Of a stretch of DNA of 64,000 nucleotides, positions 38,113-51,030 are shown piece by piece. The stretch lies in the NCBI GenBank assembly GCA_964016885.1, contig OZ024755.1, forward strand, positions 20,894,001 through 20,958,000, written 5' to 3'. Below the pieces are notes generated by a model. The model saw only the letters and a list, made by a program, of their open reading frames with translations, made no database searches and was not told the DNA's origin. This stretch comes from Eledone cirrhosa (lineage: Eukaryota). Both the position numbers and the translations under genes were made by a program. Numbering within the stretch: position 1 is the first letter of the stretch; every line of letters starts with the position of its first letter.

Positions 38113-40028
38113 ACAATATATATAAGGTAGATCAGGAATAGAATGCTACCTCCTTCTGTATTTGAATGAGACATGCGTAAATGAATTAAATATGTGAGTT
38201 AGTAAGAAAACGAAAGGGAGTGAGTTACGTACTATACATACACCTTTGACGAGTTGCAGTGCACCTGAGCACTTTACACAATAATTTCATTATTATTAAG
38301 TCGTGATTAAATGGAAGAAAACTAGACGACACAATATGAAATAGAAAAATACTTTTGTAAATAAGACAATAATTTATATACATAGATGCATACATAAATA
38401 TATACATATGTTTATTACATGTATATTTATATATATACATAAACACACACGTGTAACATCGTCCGCCAAGACAACTACGAATACTTTTACCGGAATTTCA
38501 CGAAGTTTAGGTTTTCATTTTTACTTTTACTTCGTTATTTTTTATTATCAAGGTTTTCTTATAGTTTTAAATGTAATTATGGTGAATACTTTGATGTTTC
38601 GTTGTCGTGTTTTATTAATTTATTTGTTTTGTTGGAGATATTTTTACCTGGTAGAGCGCCCAAGTAGGGACTTGGTGTCGTTCTGAATTACTTCCCCCTT
38701 GACTGTAAAATTGATCTGATTTTGCACACCCGCAATTTCATTCGAGGAGAGAGAAGAGAAGAGTGTGTTTATGTTTGGTTAGTGAGAGGGAGAGAAAGGA
38801 GATTGTGTGGTAGTAGGAGGGGGGGGGGGCAGATTTGACGACAGAGAGGGAGAGAAAGACAGAGAATTACAAAGGAGTTGCAGAGGGAGAGGGATGTTGA
38901 TCGTATAGGAAGTAAGGCAAAGAAGGGGAGAGAAAGAGGAGGGGGGGGGGGCAAAAAGAGAAAGAAGCATTTGAGAATTAGAGAGAGAAAAAGAGGTAGA
39001 AAGTATTATTATAGTTTTAACTGTAATTATTGGGAAAACTTTTGTCTTTGGTAGTCGAGTTTTATTAATTTATTTGTTTTGTTGGAGATATTTTTACCCG
39101 GTAGAGCGTCTATGTAGGGACTTAATTTCGTTCTACGTTTACTTATTTACTTCCCCTTTGACTATACAATTGATCTGATTTTACACACCAGCAATCTTAT
39201 TCGTGGAGTGAGATACATGTTCTATTCCTGATTTACTTTATATATATATATATATAAAGTAAATCAGGAATAGAATGCTACCTCCTGTATTTGTGTAACT
39301 CAACTAAATACTGTATTAAACCTTGGTTATCCATCTATACACACACATCTATATATATATATGTAGTTTCTTTGCTCACTCGATGGAGAAGGGATAGGGT
39401 CGTTGCCAAGAGGAGGTTCATTTCTCTGGTGTGAAGCCTGTATGATCACACGTGAAATAGATTCCTTCAGTTACTGAAAAGAAATCAACAGTGGAGGAGG
39501 ATGCATGGAAAGTGGGATGATCCCCCCCCCCCCCTCACACACGCAGAGCAAAGATAGCTCTTCAGTTGGGACAATGAAACAACCTCTCTAATGATGAGGC
39601 CACAAAAATGCACCTGGTACACCTTGTAGTGTTGTTGGTGATAGGAAGGGCATGCCACTGTATAAACTATGCTTAAAAGGGTTGAAAGGACTTTTCAGTC
39701 ATATCAAAGGCATAATAACCCCTCTCTAGTGTTGGTGATCTACATGATGAACACATACAGTACATGCTGTAATTTGGTTGGTGATAGGAATGGCATCCAG
39801 TCATAGAATGCTTGCCAAACAATGGGTTGGGAGGACCCTTCTGTTATGTTAAGGACATGGCAGCCTACTACGTGTTGGTGGCCTTAATGATAAAATGCAC
39901 TCGGTAGAACATGGAACTGTTTGTAAGTGAGATGGCCTGTCTGGGAGGTTAGTAGCACCACTTCAGTACTATGAAGACCCATCTAACCCTTGCTAGTAGG
40001 AAAAGTGAATGTTACATATGTTAATGAT

Positions 40029-40220
40029 AATTGTTTCTACTTTTGGCACAAGGCTAGCAATTATCCCAGTGCATTACTGGTACTTTATTTTATCAACCCC
40101 GTAAGGATGAAAGGCAAAGTTAACCTCGGCAGGATTTGAACTCAGAACGTAAAGGGCCATAGCTCTATGCTGCAAAGCATGGTGTCTGACACTCTACCTA
40201 TACTACCAATCCACTGCTCT
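40029..40220 (-). mobile_element. Nin-type SINE
   Basis: Family body. Confidence 0.8.
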
Positions 40221-40734
40221 ATGATGGTAACGATGATGATGTTCTGCAATGTTCCTACATCAAATCTCTGCCTTTTTCGTGTTAGCACTGGTCCTGCACA
40301 CACAAACTTGGCATGTCAGAGTATAACATAAGGTCTTTGATGAAGTAGAGGAGTTACATATATGATGATCATTGAATATACAAAAGGTCTGTTCAATCAA
40401 GGTTTGATTGAACTCACACAAAAACAGTAACATCAACAACTACAGCAACAAAGTGATTAACCCCAGACTAAATATTGATTTTATTCTAAACTTATCTATT
40501 CTTTGTTTTACTATTTTACATTTATTTTCTCATGTTTGCCAGAATGAGAAAAGTTTTTTTGGTTGGAATATCACTTTTACAGTTGATTGCCCTTCCTACT
40601 GCTAACCACTCAACCATGAAGAAATGCATGCATGTATGTATGTACGTATGTGCATACGTATGTATATATATGTATATATATATTTATGTGTGTATGTATG
40701 TATTTATGTGTGCATTTGTGTGTATTTATATGTC

Positions 40735-41342
40735 AGGTCACCAGTTGGTGCTACTGGTAACATGTATCCCAGTACAACCTGTCTCATGGTCGGGTCGTTG
40801 GCGACTAAACTGGCAACCCCACCAAGGTTTCTTGGTGAGGAGGGTGACTTTGGACATCCTGCAGGACTAAAAACAAAACCTGTCAAAAGGCAAAGGAGCT
40901 CTTAAGAGTCAATGGCCATCCAAAATCACCGGGAGAGATGACCCCTTAGCCTTTGTCAAGGCAGAATTCTAGGAGAAGGAAAACTCTGATATAACACCTG
41001 CAACCCTGATGGTATCCAATGATGTTGACTTGTTCTTCTTTTTGGTAAATATCATCTTGGTTAAGAGAGTGGGACTGGCTTTGTGCAGTGTCTTTGCTCA
41101 CTATAAAAGCTTCACGGCACAGGCATTGCTTTATATCTGGAGATCTCTCTGCACTTGTCATCACATGGTACCATGGGCCCAGCACTATGTGTCAATAATT
41201 GTCACAAGTGTAGTGTTTGTGCCAGAGTTTTCAAGTCGCTGACTGGACTAAAAAGTCACACTCGTTCAGCGCATCGGTAGGGGTTCTCCTACATGGATAT
41301 AAAGTAGTGGCCGTACTCGAAAACGAGTTGGCAGCCACCATG
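40735..41342 (+). mobile_element. Internally deleted RTE-like element: 5'UTR-like block joined to C-terminal C2H2 finger and 3'UTR
   Basis: 41203-41280 reads HKCSVCARVFKSLTGLKSHTRSAHR*; 3' end GTACTCGAAAACGAGTTGGCAGCCACC(ATGT)n. Confidence 0.6.
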
Positions 41343-41900
41343 TGTGCATGTATGTATTCATGTGTGCATGTATGTATTCATGTGTGCATGTATGTATTCA
41401 TGTGTGCATGTATGTATTCATGTGTGCATGTATGTATTCATGTGTGCATGTATGTATTCATGTGTGCATGTATGTATCCATGTGTGCATGTATGTATTCA
41501 TGTGTGCATGTATGTATTCATGTGTGCATGTATGTATTCATGTGTGCATGTATGTATCCATGTGTGCATGTATGTATTCATGTGTGCATGTATGTATTCA
41601 TGTGTGCATGTATGTATTCATGTGTGCATGTATGTATTCATGTGTGCATGTATGTATTCATGTGTGCATGTATGTATCCATGTGTGCATGTATGTATTCA
41701 TGTGTGCATGTATGTATTCATGTGTGCATGTATGTATTCATGTGTGCATGTATGTATCCATGTGTGCATGTATGTATTCATGTGTGCATGTATGTATCCA
41801 TGTGTGCATGTATGTATCCATGTGTGCATGTATGTATTTATGTGTGCATGTATGTATTCATGTGTGCATGTATGTATTCATGTGTGCATGTATGTATTCA
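41341..41900. repeat. 20-bp minisatellite, 28 copies
   Basis: TGTGTGCATGTATGTATTCA. Confidence 0.95.
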
Positions 41901-42334
41901 TGTGTGTGTGTATGTATGTATTTATATATGCATGTATATGTATATATATATATATGTGTGTGTGTGTATGTATATATGTATGTACTAGTGGCTGTACTCG
42001 AAAACGAGTTGGCAGCCACCATGTATGTATGTATGTATGTATGTGTGTGTGTGTGATTATACATACACGCAAGTACATATGTAAATATTAATGTGTAACT
42101 GTCAGACTATATATTTTATTTTATACACAGATGGAATAATTTGGTATTTAGCATAAAATGTCTGGATTTTTAGTCAGACTGTTTAGTATTAACAACATCT
42201 ATCAATGACTGGGATAAGTTATTGACTTCAGTTGACGTATTTTGACATATAAGGTGAGATCTTGAATATAAGGAAAACTACTGGTGGTCTACTTTAGTAA
42301 AATATCTCCTTCTTCATCTTCACTTGCACAACTA

Positions 42335-44140
42335 GCACCACCACCACCACCATCACTGCCACCACTTCAGGAGCCCCCATTGCAGCCACCACCACCACCA
42401 CCATCAGTGTCACCACCTCTGTAACCCCCCCCCCCCCACTGCAGCCACCATCACCACCACTGTTCCCACACCATCATCACCACTGTTCCCACACCATCAC
42501 CACTGCCGCCACCTCTGTAATCACCACTGCCACCACCACTGTCACCACCACTGCAGCCACCACCACCACCACTGCAGCCACCACCACCACCACTGCAGCC
42601 ACCACCACCACCACCACTACAGCCACCACCACCACCACTGCAGCCACCACCACCACCATCACTGCAGCCACCACCACCACCACTGCAGCCACCACCACCA
42701 CTGCAGCCACCACCACCACCACCACCACTACAGCCACCACCACTGCAGCCACCACCACCACCACCACTGCAGCCACCACCACCACCACTGCAGCCACCAC
42801 CACCACCACTACAGCCACCACCACCACCACTACAGCCACCACCACCACCACCACCACTACAGCCACCACCACCACCACTACAGCCACCACCACCACCACC
42901 AGCACTACAGCCACCACCACCACCACTGCAGCCACCACCACCACTACAGCCACCACCACCACCACCACCATTGCAGCCACCACCACCACCACTACACCCA
43001 CCACCACCACCACCACCACTACAGCCACCACCACCAGCACTACAGCCACCACCACCACCACCACCACTGCAGCCACCACCACCACTACAGCCACCACCAC
43101 CACCACCAGCACTACAGCCACCACCACCACCACCAGCACTACAGCCACAACCACCACCACCACCACTGCAGCCACCACCACCACCACCAGCACTACAGCC
43201 ACAACCACCACCACCACCACTGCAGCCACCACCACTGCAGCCACCACCACCACCACCACCACTGCAGCCACCACCACCACCACTGCAGGACCACCACCAC
43301 TGCAGCCACCACCACCACCACTGCAGCCACCACCACCACCACTGCAGCCACCACCACCACCACTGCAGCCACCACCACCACCACTGCAGCCACCACCACC
43401 ACCACTGCAGCCACCACCACCACCACTGCAGCCACCACCACCACCACCACTGCAGCCACCACCACCACCACTGCAGCCACCACCACCACCACTGCAGCCA
43501 CCACCACCACTGCAGCCACCACCACCACTGCAGCCACCACCACCACTGCAGCCAGCACCACCACCACTGCAGCCACCACCACTGCAGCCACCACCACCAC
43601 CACCACTGCAGCCACCACCACCACTGCAGCCACCACCACCACCACTGCAGCCACCACCACCACTGCAGCCACCACCACCACCACTGCAGCCACCACCACC
43701 ACCACTGCAGCCACCACCACCACCACTGCAGCCACCACCACCACCACTGCAGCCACCACCACCACTGCAGCCACCACCACCACTGCAGCCACCACCACCA
43801 CCACTGCAACCACCACCACCACCACCACTGCAGCCACCACCACCACTGCAGCCACCACCACCACCACTGCAGCCACCACCACCACCACTGCAGCCACCAC
43901 CACCACCACTGCAGCCACCACCACCACCACTGCAGCCACCACCACCACCACTGCAGCCACCACCACCACCACTGCAGCCACCACCACCACCACTGCAGCC
44001 ACCACCTGCAGCCACTACTGCCACCACCACTGGCTTCCACTGTCACCACCTCTGTAATCACCATTACAGCTACCACCACCATCACAACCATCACCACAAC
44101 CACTGGCTACCACCACCACCACCACCACAACCACTACTAC
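42335..44140. repeat. Compound (CCA)n/CTGCAG satellite, ~1.8 kb
   Basis: Units CTRCAG(CCA)3-7. Confidence 0.95.
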
Positions 44141-44273
44141 ATTGGAGTGGTGGTCATTGTTATGATGACTGGAGGTAGACGTCTGTAATGTTATGGTGGT
44201 GGTGGTGCTACTGCTTTCTATGGCTGGATGCCCTTCCTGACACTAATTTACAGAGTGTACTTGGTGTATTACA

Positions 44274-44815
44274 TTAACCCTTTAGCATTTAAACCGGCCG
44301 TATCCAGCTAGAATTCACTCACCTCTTTCTGTTCAAACTGGCCGTAACTAGCCACTCATACTGATGTTAAGATATTGTTCTCGAAATAAATAATATCAAG
44401 ATCTCATAGAATTGATATTATGTGAGATAAAGCCTTTACTGCAAACATACAATAGTATATATAGAGTAATGTAAATGCTAAAAGGTTAAGGAACCAACAC
44501 TAAAGAAGTTCTTATGTCTTCAACCAGACTAACTTGATGATTTTACGTTGTCAATTCATTCACCAACCACTTTACAGAGTGTACTGGGTGTATTTCTATT
44601 AACCCTTTATCATTTACATTACTCTCTATAGTTATTATTATATTTTCATGGTAAAGGCTTTATCTTACATAATATCTCACATAATATGGAATCTAGGAAA
44701 TTTTGATATTTATTCTGAGAACAATACCTGGACATCAATATGAGCAGCCGGTTACAGCAGGTTTGAACAGAAAGAGGTGAGAGAGTTCTGGCCGGTTTAA
44801 ATGCTAAAGGGTTAA
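44274..44815. mobile_element. Two piggyBac-like MITEs in inverted orientation (44274-44489, 44599-44815)
   Basis: Each has TTAA and TIRs; both sit in a similar CACTTTACAGAGTGTACT SINE-derived context. Confidence 0.85.
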
Positions 44816-44894
44816 GGCATCAGCACGTGTGGGGCTGTCTTGTGTTTCACAATGCTTTCTACAATATGGTGTCTCTGTTCATTATCTATACACA

Positions 44895-45280
44895 CACGCA
44901 CACAATTTATAGCTACGAGAGTCACACACACACACAATTTATAGCTACGAGAGTCACACACAAACACACACACAGTTTATAGCTACGTGAGTCACACACA
45001 AACACACACAGTTTATAGCTACGAGAGTCACACACAAACACACACAGTTTATAGCTACGAGAGTCACACACACAGTTTTAAGCTACAAGAGTCGTACACA
45101 CACACACGTACACAGTTTGTAGCTACAAGAGTCACACACACACACACACATACACACGTACACAGTTTGTAGCTACAAGAGTCACACACACACACACACA
45201 CATACACAGTTTGTAGCTACAAGAGTCACACACACACACAGTTTATAGCTACAAGAGTCACATACACACACAGTTTTAAG
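44895..45280. repeat. CA-rich minisatellite
   Basis: AGTTTATAGCTACRAGAGT(CA)n units. Confidence 0.9.
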
Positions 45281-46109
45281 CTAATTTCACACGAGACATG
45301 TTGAAAGGTAAGAATGCTGAGATTCTGCCAAACCTTCTGTGATTCTGCACCAAAAATAAAAATGGAGGAATTAAGTAAACCTCTTCTTCATATACAATTG
45401 TCTGATAACAATCAATAAAACAAAAGATTTATAATCAATAACCAGAAGGTGATGGGATGTGTAGTTATTTTAGATTTTGGCAAAAACATATCTGTATATT
45501 TATTTTTAAAGAAATGATATATGTTAACAGCATATTAATAATGATTTTTTAACATAGGCACAAGCAGGTCCAACATTACCATTACACCAAAACAAACTGT
45601 TTTTATTTGTTGGTTGTTGTTATTATTATGGCAGAGTTGGTAGAACATCGAACATGTTTAGTGGCATAGATATATGGCCCTTTACGTTCTGAGTTCAAAT
45701 CCCGCCGAGGTTAACTTTGCCTTTCATCCTTACGGGGTCGATAAAATAAAGTACCAGTCCTACACTGGGGTCGATTTAATCGACTTTCCCCTCTCCCAAA
45801 ATTGCTGGCCTTGTGCCTATATAAGAAACTGTTATTATTATTAGGACAGTGGATTGGCAGAATCGGTAGAGCATTGGACAACTTGCTTTGTGGCATTACA
45901 GCTCTTTTTCTTCTGAGTTCCAATCCCGCCGAAGATTGCTTTGCCTGTCATCCTTATGGTGTCAATAAAATAAAGTACCAGTAATACTTTAGGGTCAATT
46001 TTCCCCTACCTCAAAATTGTTGGCCTTGTTCTTAAATCAGAAATTATAAATATGAATTTGATATCTCAGCCATTGATGTTATTTAACCAGAAAATTAGTT
46101 CAAATGAAC

Positions 46110-46445
46110 ATCAAGCCACTATCTGCAGCCTCTTGTATTCAGGACATATTGGAGGGTCCTTCCTGTTGCCAATAGGCATGACTTTCGAAGGGGGCTGGAC
46201 TAATGTTCTTTAGCTAGCCTTGGAAACTTTTCAAGATAGTACCTAGTACTCCTATGATGATGGGGACGAGCTTGGTCTCAAAACAGTTCCAAATCCTTTT
46301 CAATTCCCACTTTAGATCCTAGTCCCTGTTAATTTTCTCCTTCTCTTTTTCTTTCACTCTTGTGTCAAAGGGGCAAGCTACATCTATAATCAAGCAAGAT
46401 ATTTTTTCCTCATCACATCAAAAACCACCATTTTATTAGTCAGGA
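46110..46445 (-). mobile_element. R4/Dong-like non-LTR retrotransposon remnant (restriction-like endonuclease)
   Basis: CLIIDVACPFDTRVKEKEKEKI..DLKWELKRIW..VPIIIGVLGTI..LRKSCLLATGRTLQYVL with stops; not in the ORF track. Confidence 0.8.
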
Positions 46446-48734
46446 TCAGTAAAGTTGTGAGAAGGGGGGTGGGGGGTGGCAGAGATAGAAATAGCTGTTT
46501 TTTTCGACATAAGTCCAACAGAAATGGCAATGACCATAAATCATCATCATCATCATCATTATCATTGTCATTATCATCATCATCATCATTACTTATTGTT
46601 CTGCCAGTAATAATTGTTTCTACTTTTCGCACAAGGCCAGCAATTACCCTAGTGTATTACTGGTACTTTATTTTATCGACCCCGTAAGGATGAAAGGCAA
46701 AGTTAACCTCGGTGGGATTTGAACTCAGAATGGCAAGGGCCGTAACTCTATGCGTCAAAGCATGGCGTCCGACCCTCTACTGCCACCAGTAATAATAACT
46801 TAGAAATAGATATATTAAATATAGATAAACAAAATTTAATTAACAATTCATGATACTCTAATAGATTAGTTGTCAAACATAATAATGTGAAAAAAAAAAA
46901 AATAGTAATATAATTATATAATAAAGCAATAAAAAGAATATAAATAAATAAAGTAATTCAGTATGTAAATTTTAATACTGTATGAATGGTGACTGCTTGG
47001 GAAACCTAGGTGTTGTAAATTAATGATGACGCCCCAGCATGCCTTCGGCTGAAACATGTACTAGAGTAATCAAATGAGTCAACATTATACAGAGCTGGTG
47101 GATTGGCAGTATCGGTAGAGGGTCGGACGCCATGCTTTCCAGCATAGTTACATCCCTTTACGATCTGAGTTCAAATCCCACCGAGGTTGACTTTGCCTTT
47201 CATCCTTACGGGGGTCGATAAAATAAAGTACCAGTAATGCACTGGGTAATTGCTGGCCTTGTGCCTAAAGTAGAAACAATTATACAGAGCTGGTAAAAAT
47301 ATAAATTTATTATAAAATATTAAAAATAATTGTTTCTACTTTTGGCACAAGGCCAGAAATTACCCAGTGCATTACTGGTACTTTATTTTATTGACCCCGT
47401 AAGGATGAAAGGCAAAGTTAACCTTGGCGGGATTTAAACTCGAAAATATTAAAAATAATAACACAATAACTGGCACTCTGTCGGATACGATGACAAGTGT
47501 TCCAGTTGATTCGATCAACAGAGCAGCCTGCTCGTGAAATTACCGTGCAAGTGGCTGAGCATTTCACAGACACACATACCCTTGATATAGTTCTCTGACT
47601 GATTAAATGTGACACCAAACGTGACAAAGCTGGCCCTTCAAATTACAGGTACAACTCATTTTTGCCTGCTCAGTGGAATGGAGCAACGTAAAATAAAGTG
47701 TCTTGCTGAAGGACACAATGCGTTGCTAGGAATTGAACTCACGACCTCACAATTGTGCACCAAATACTTTAACCACAAAGCCTTGTGCCTTCACAATAAC
47801 ACAAATAACTAATTATTATATCTTCCACGCAAGGGCGGTGGATTGGCAGTGTTGGGAGAGGGTCGGACGCCATGCTTTGACGTATAGAGTTACGGCCCTT
47901 GCCATTCTGAGTTCAAATACCGCCGAGGTTAACTTTGCCTTTCATCCTTACGGGGTTGATAAAATAAAGTACCAGTAATGTACTGGGGTAATTGCTGGCC
48001 TTGTGCCAAATATAGAAACAATTATATCTTCCACGCTAGCATAGGTAGGACGGGCTATCCCTTTGTGAAGGATCAGGTCAGGGGAGTGGGTGGATTGGCA
48101 GGGGGTTGGACACCATGCTTTGCAGCATAGTTACGTCTCTTTACGGTCCGAGTTCAAATCCTGCCGAGGTTAACTTTGCCTTTCATCCTTATGAGGTCGA
48201 TCAAATAAAGTACCAGTAATGCACTGGGTATTTGCTGGCCTTGTGCCAAAAGTAGAAACAATTTTATGGTGGATTGATAGAATCATTTACAGTCATCATC
48301 ATCATCATCATTTCATTTACGTCCGCTTTTTCCCTGCTTGCAAGGGTGGGACGGGAACTCATTCTGGCTTGATTTCTACAGCTGGATGCCCTTCCTAACA
48401 CCAACCTCATTTACAGTGAGTGCTGGGTGCTTTTTTGCTGTGGCACCTCCACGACCACTTTGCAGTGGAATGATAGGGACCCCAGTCCCTATCATCTCAT
48501 TTCTACAGCTGAGTAAACTGGAGCAATGTGAAATAAAGTGTCTTGCTCAAGGAAACAACTCTTGCTCAGTGTTGGACAAAATTTTCAGCATCATAATTTT
48601 CAATCTGTATTCCTCACTAGCAGAGGACAACTGTATTGTTACAGATTAGCTTACTACTTAATCAATATACTGTCCTCCTAGGAAGGGTGGGGAAAATCAC
48701 CTGTCACTCATTACATTCCATATTTGGTATAGTT

Positions 48735-49165
48735 GCTATAGTTGGATATGTTTCCTAATACTAACCACTTTACAGTGTATACTGGGTACATTAGCCAGAT
48801 ACCCTTCCTAATACTAACCACTTTACAGTGTATACTGGGTACATTAGCTAGATACCCTTCCTAATACTAACCACTTTACAGTGTATACTGGGTACATTAG
48901 ACAGATACCCTTCCTAACACCAACCACTTTACAATGTGTACTGGGTACATTAGCCAGATACCCTTCCTAACACCAACCACTTTACAATGTGTAGTGGGTA
49001 CATTAGACAGATACCCTTCCTAACACCAACCACTTTACAATGTGTAGTGGGTACATTAGACAGATACCCTTCCTAACACCAACCACTTTACAGTGTGTAC
49101 TGGGTACATTAGCTAGATACTTTCGCTAACACCAACCACTTTACAGTGTGTACTGGGTACATTTT
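48735..49165. repeat. 52-bp minisatellite, ~8 copies, derived from a SINE segment
   Basis: AGATACCCTTCCTAACACCAACCACTTTACAGTGTGTACTGGGTACATTAG. Confidence 0.9.
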
Positions 49166-50167
49166 ACCCTGGCACCAACACTATTGAGGTTGCCATGGCC
49201 TCAACAGGACTGAAGAGACTTCTCAACCAACTATGGTATTTAGTTATTACCCTTTATGTTTTGAGTTCAAATCCAGCCCTGACCAACTTTGCTTTTCACT
49301 GTTCTGGAGGTTGATAAAAGAAAGTTCCAGTCAAGGACTGGAATCACCACATAATAATGCTTTCTACTTTAGGCACAAGGCCAGCAATTACCCAGTTCAT
49401 TACTGGTACTTTATTTTATCGACCCCGTAAGGATGAAAGGCAAAGTCAACCTCGGCAGGATTTGAACTCAGATCGTAAAGGGACGTAACTATGCTGGAAA
49501 GCATGGCGTCCGACCCTCTACCGATACTGCCAATCCACCGCCTTTTTACCACATAATAATGGTTTCTGATTTAGGCACAAGGCCAGCAATTTATAGTGAG
49601 GGGGAAAGTCAATTAAATCAACCCAGTGCATGACTGGTACTTTACTTTATTGACCCCGTAAGGATGAAAGGCTAAGCTAACCTCGGCAGGATTTGAACTC
49701 AGAACATAAAGGACCGTAACTCTATTCTGCGAAGCGAAGCAGGGTGTCCGATGCTGAAGCATCCTATGTGTGAATGAAATTACAGTAGGAGGAGGAGAAA
49801 TATCTTGCTATGCGTAACACTACATCAAATGTAAATCTGAATAAGCTTTTCCAAACTATCAATGAATTATGCAAATCTAATTGACTTCTTTGAAGGTGCA
49901 AAATATATATTAATATTTAACAGACACAGGCATTGCACTTACAAGAAGCAATTTGCATACATAAGGAGTGAAAAGATCACAATACTTCTATGATTAGAAA
50001 ACATTAAAGGGCAATTCTAAAATAAGAAAATTATTGACAGAAATATCTGTATTGTTGATTATAGCAGAAACTTTACCTTCTGGTAGAATGGGTAAAGACT
50101 AGTAATGGTCTGTGGTGATAGATATTGGTTTCTGATTTAGGAACAAGGCCAGCAATTTGAAAGGAGA

Positions 50168-51030
50168 AGTGGTACAGGTGGTGGTATAGACAGTGGTGTA
50201 GGTGGTGGTACAGGTGGTGGTATAGACAGTGGTGTACGTGGTGGTATAGACAGTGGTGTAGGTGGTGGTACAGGTGGTGGTATAGACAGTGGTGTAGGTG
50301 GTGGTACAGGTGGTGGTATAGACAGTGGTGTAGGTGGTGGTACAGGTGGTGGTATAGACAGTGGTGTAGGTGGTGGTACAGGTGGTGGTATAGACAGTGG
50401 TGTAGGTGGTGGTACAGGTGGTGGTATAGACAGTGGTGTAGGTGGTGGTACAGGTGGTGGTATAGACAGTGGTGTAGATGGTGGTACAGGTGGTGGTATA
50501 GACAGTGGTGTAGGTGGTGGTACAGGTGGTGGTATAGACAGTGGTGTAGGTGGTGGTACAGGTGGTGGTATAGACAGTGGTGTAGGTGGTGGTACAGGTG
50601 GTGGTATAGACAGTGGTGTAGGTGGTGGTACAGGTGGTGGTATAGACTGGTACAGGTGGTGGTATAGACAGTGGTGTAGATGGTGGTACAGGTGGTGGTA
50701 TAGACAGTGGTGTAGGTGGTTGTACAGGTGGTGGTATAGACAGTGGTGTAGGTGGTGGTACAGGTGGTGGTATAGACAGTGGTGTAGGTGGTGGTACAGG
50801 TGGTGGTATAGACAGTGGTGTAGGTGGTGGTATAGACAGTGGTGTAGGTGGTGGTACAGGTGATATAGGTGGTGGTACAGGTGATATAGGTGGTGGTAAA
50901 GGTGATATAGGTGGTAGTACAGGTGGTATAGACAGTGGTACAGGTGGCATAGGTGGTATAGGTGGCGGTGTAGGTGGTATAGACTGGTGATACAGGTTTA
51001 GACAGTGGTGTAGGTGGTATAGGTGGTAGT
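50168..51030. repeat. 36-bp (3x12) GGT-rich minisatellite
   Basis: GGTGGTGGTATAGACAGTGGTGTAGGTGGTGGTACA. Confidence 0.95.

Larger units (their letters stand above)
45628..49752. mobile_element. Dense SINE cluster: about 9 Nin-type copies in both orientations plus other SINE families
   Basis: Copies at about 45628+, 45843+, 46612-, 47097+ (TSD ATTATACAGAGCTGGT), 47329-, 47833+ (TSD ATTATATCTTCCACGC), 48085+, 49359- (TSD ACCACATAATAATG) and 49560-. A different tRNA-SINE lies at 47470-47800 (-). Confidence 0.85.

Noticed and set aside
41217-42091. Long Cys/Met/Val-rich ORFs
   Set aside because: They are translations of a 20-bp tandem repeat that is open in all three frames.
47097-47190. tRNA-like A/B boxes as tRNA genes
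   Set aside because: They are SINE heads followed by the family core and TSDs; there is no complete cloverleaf.
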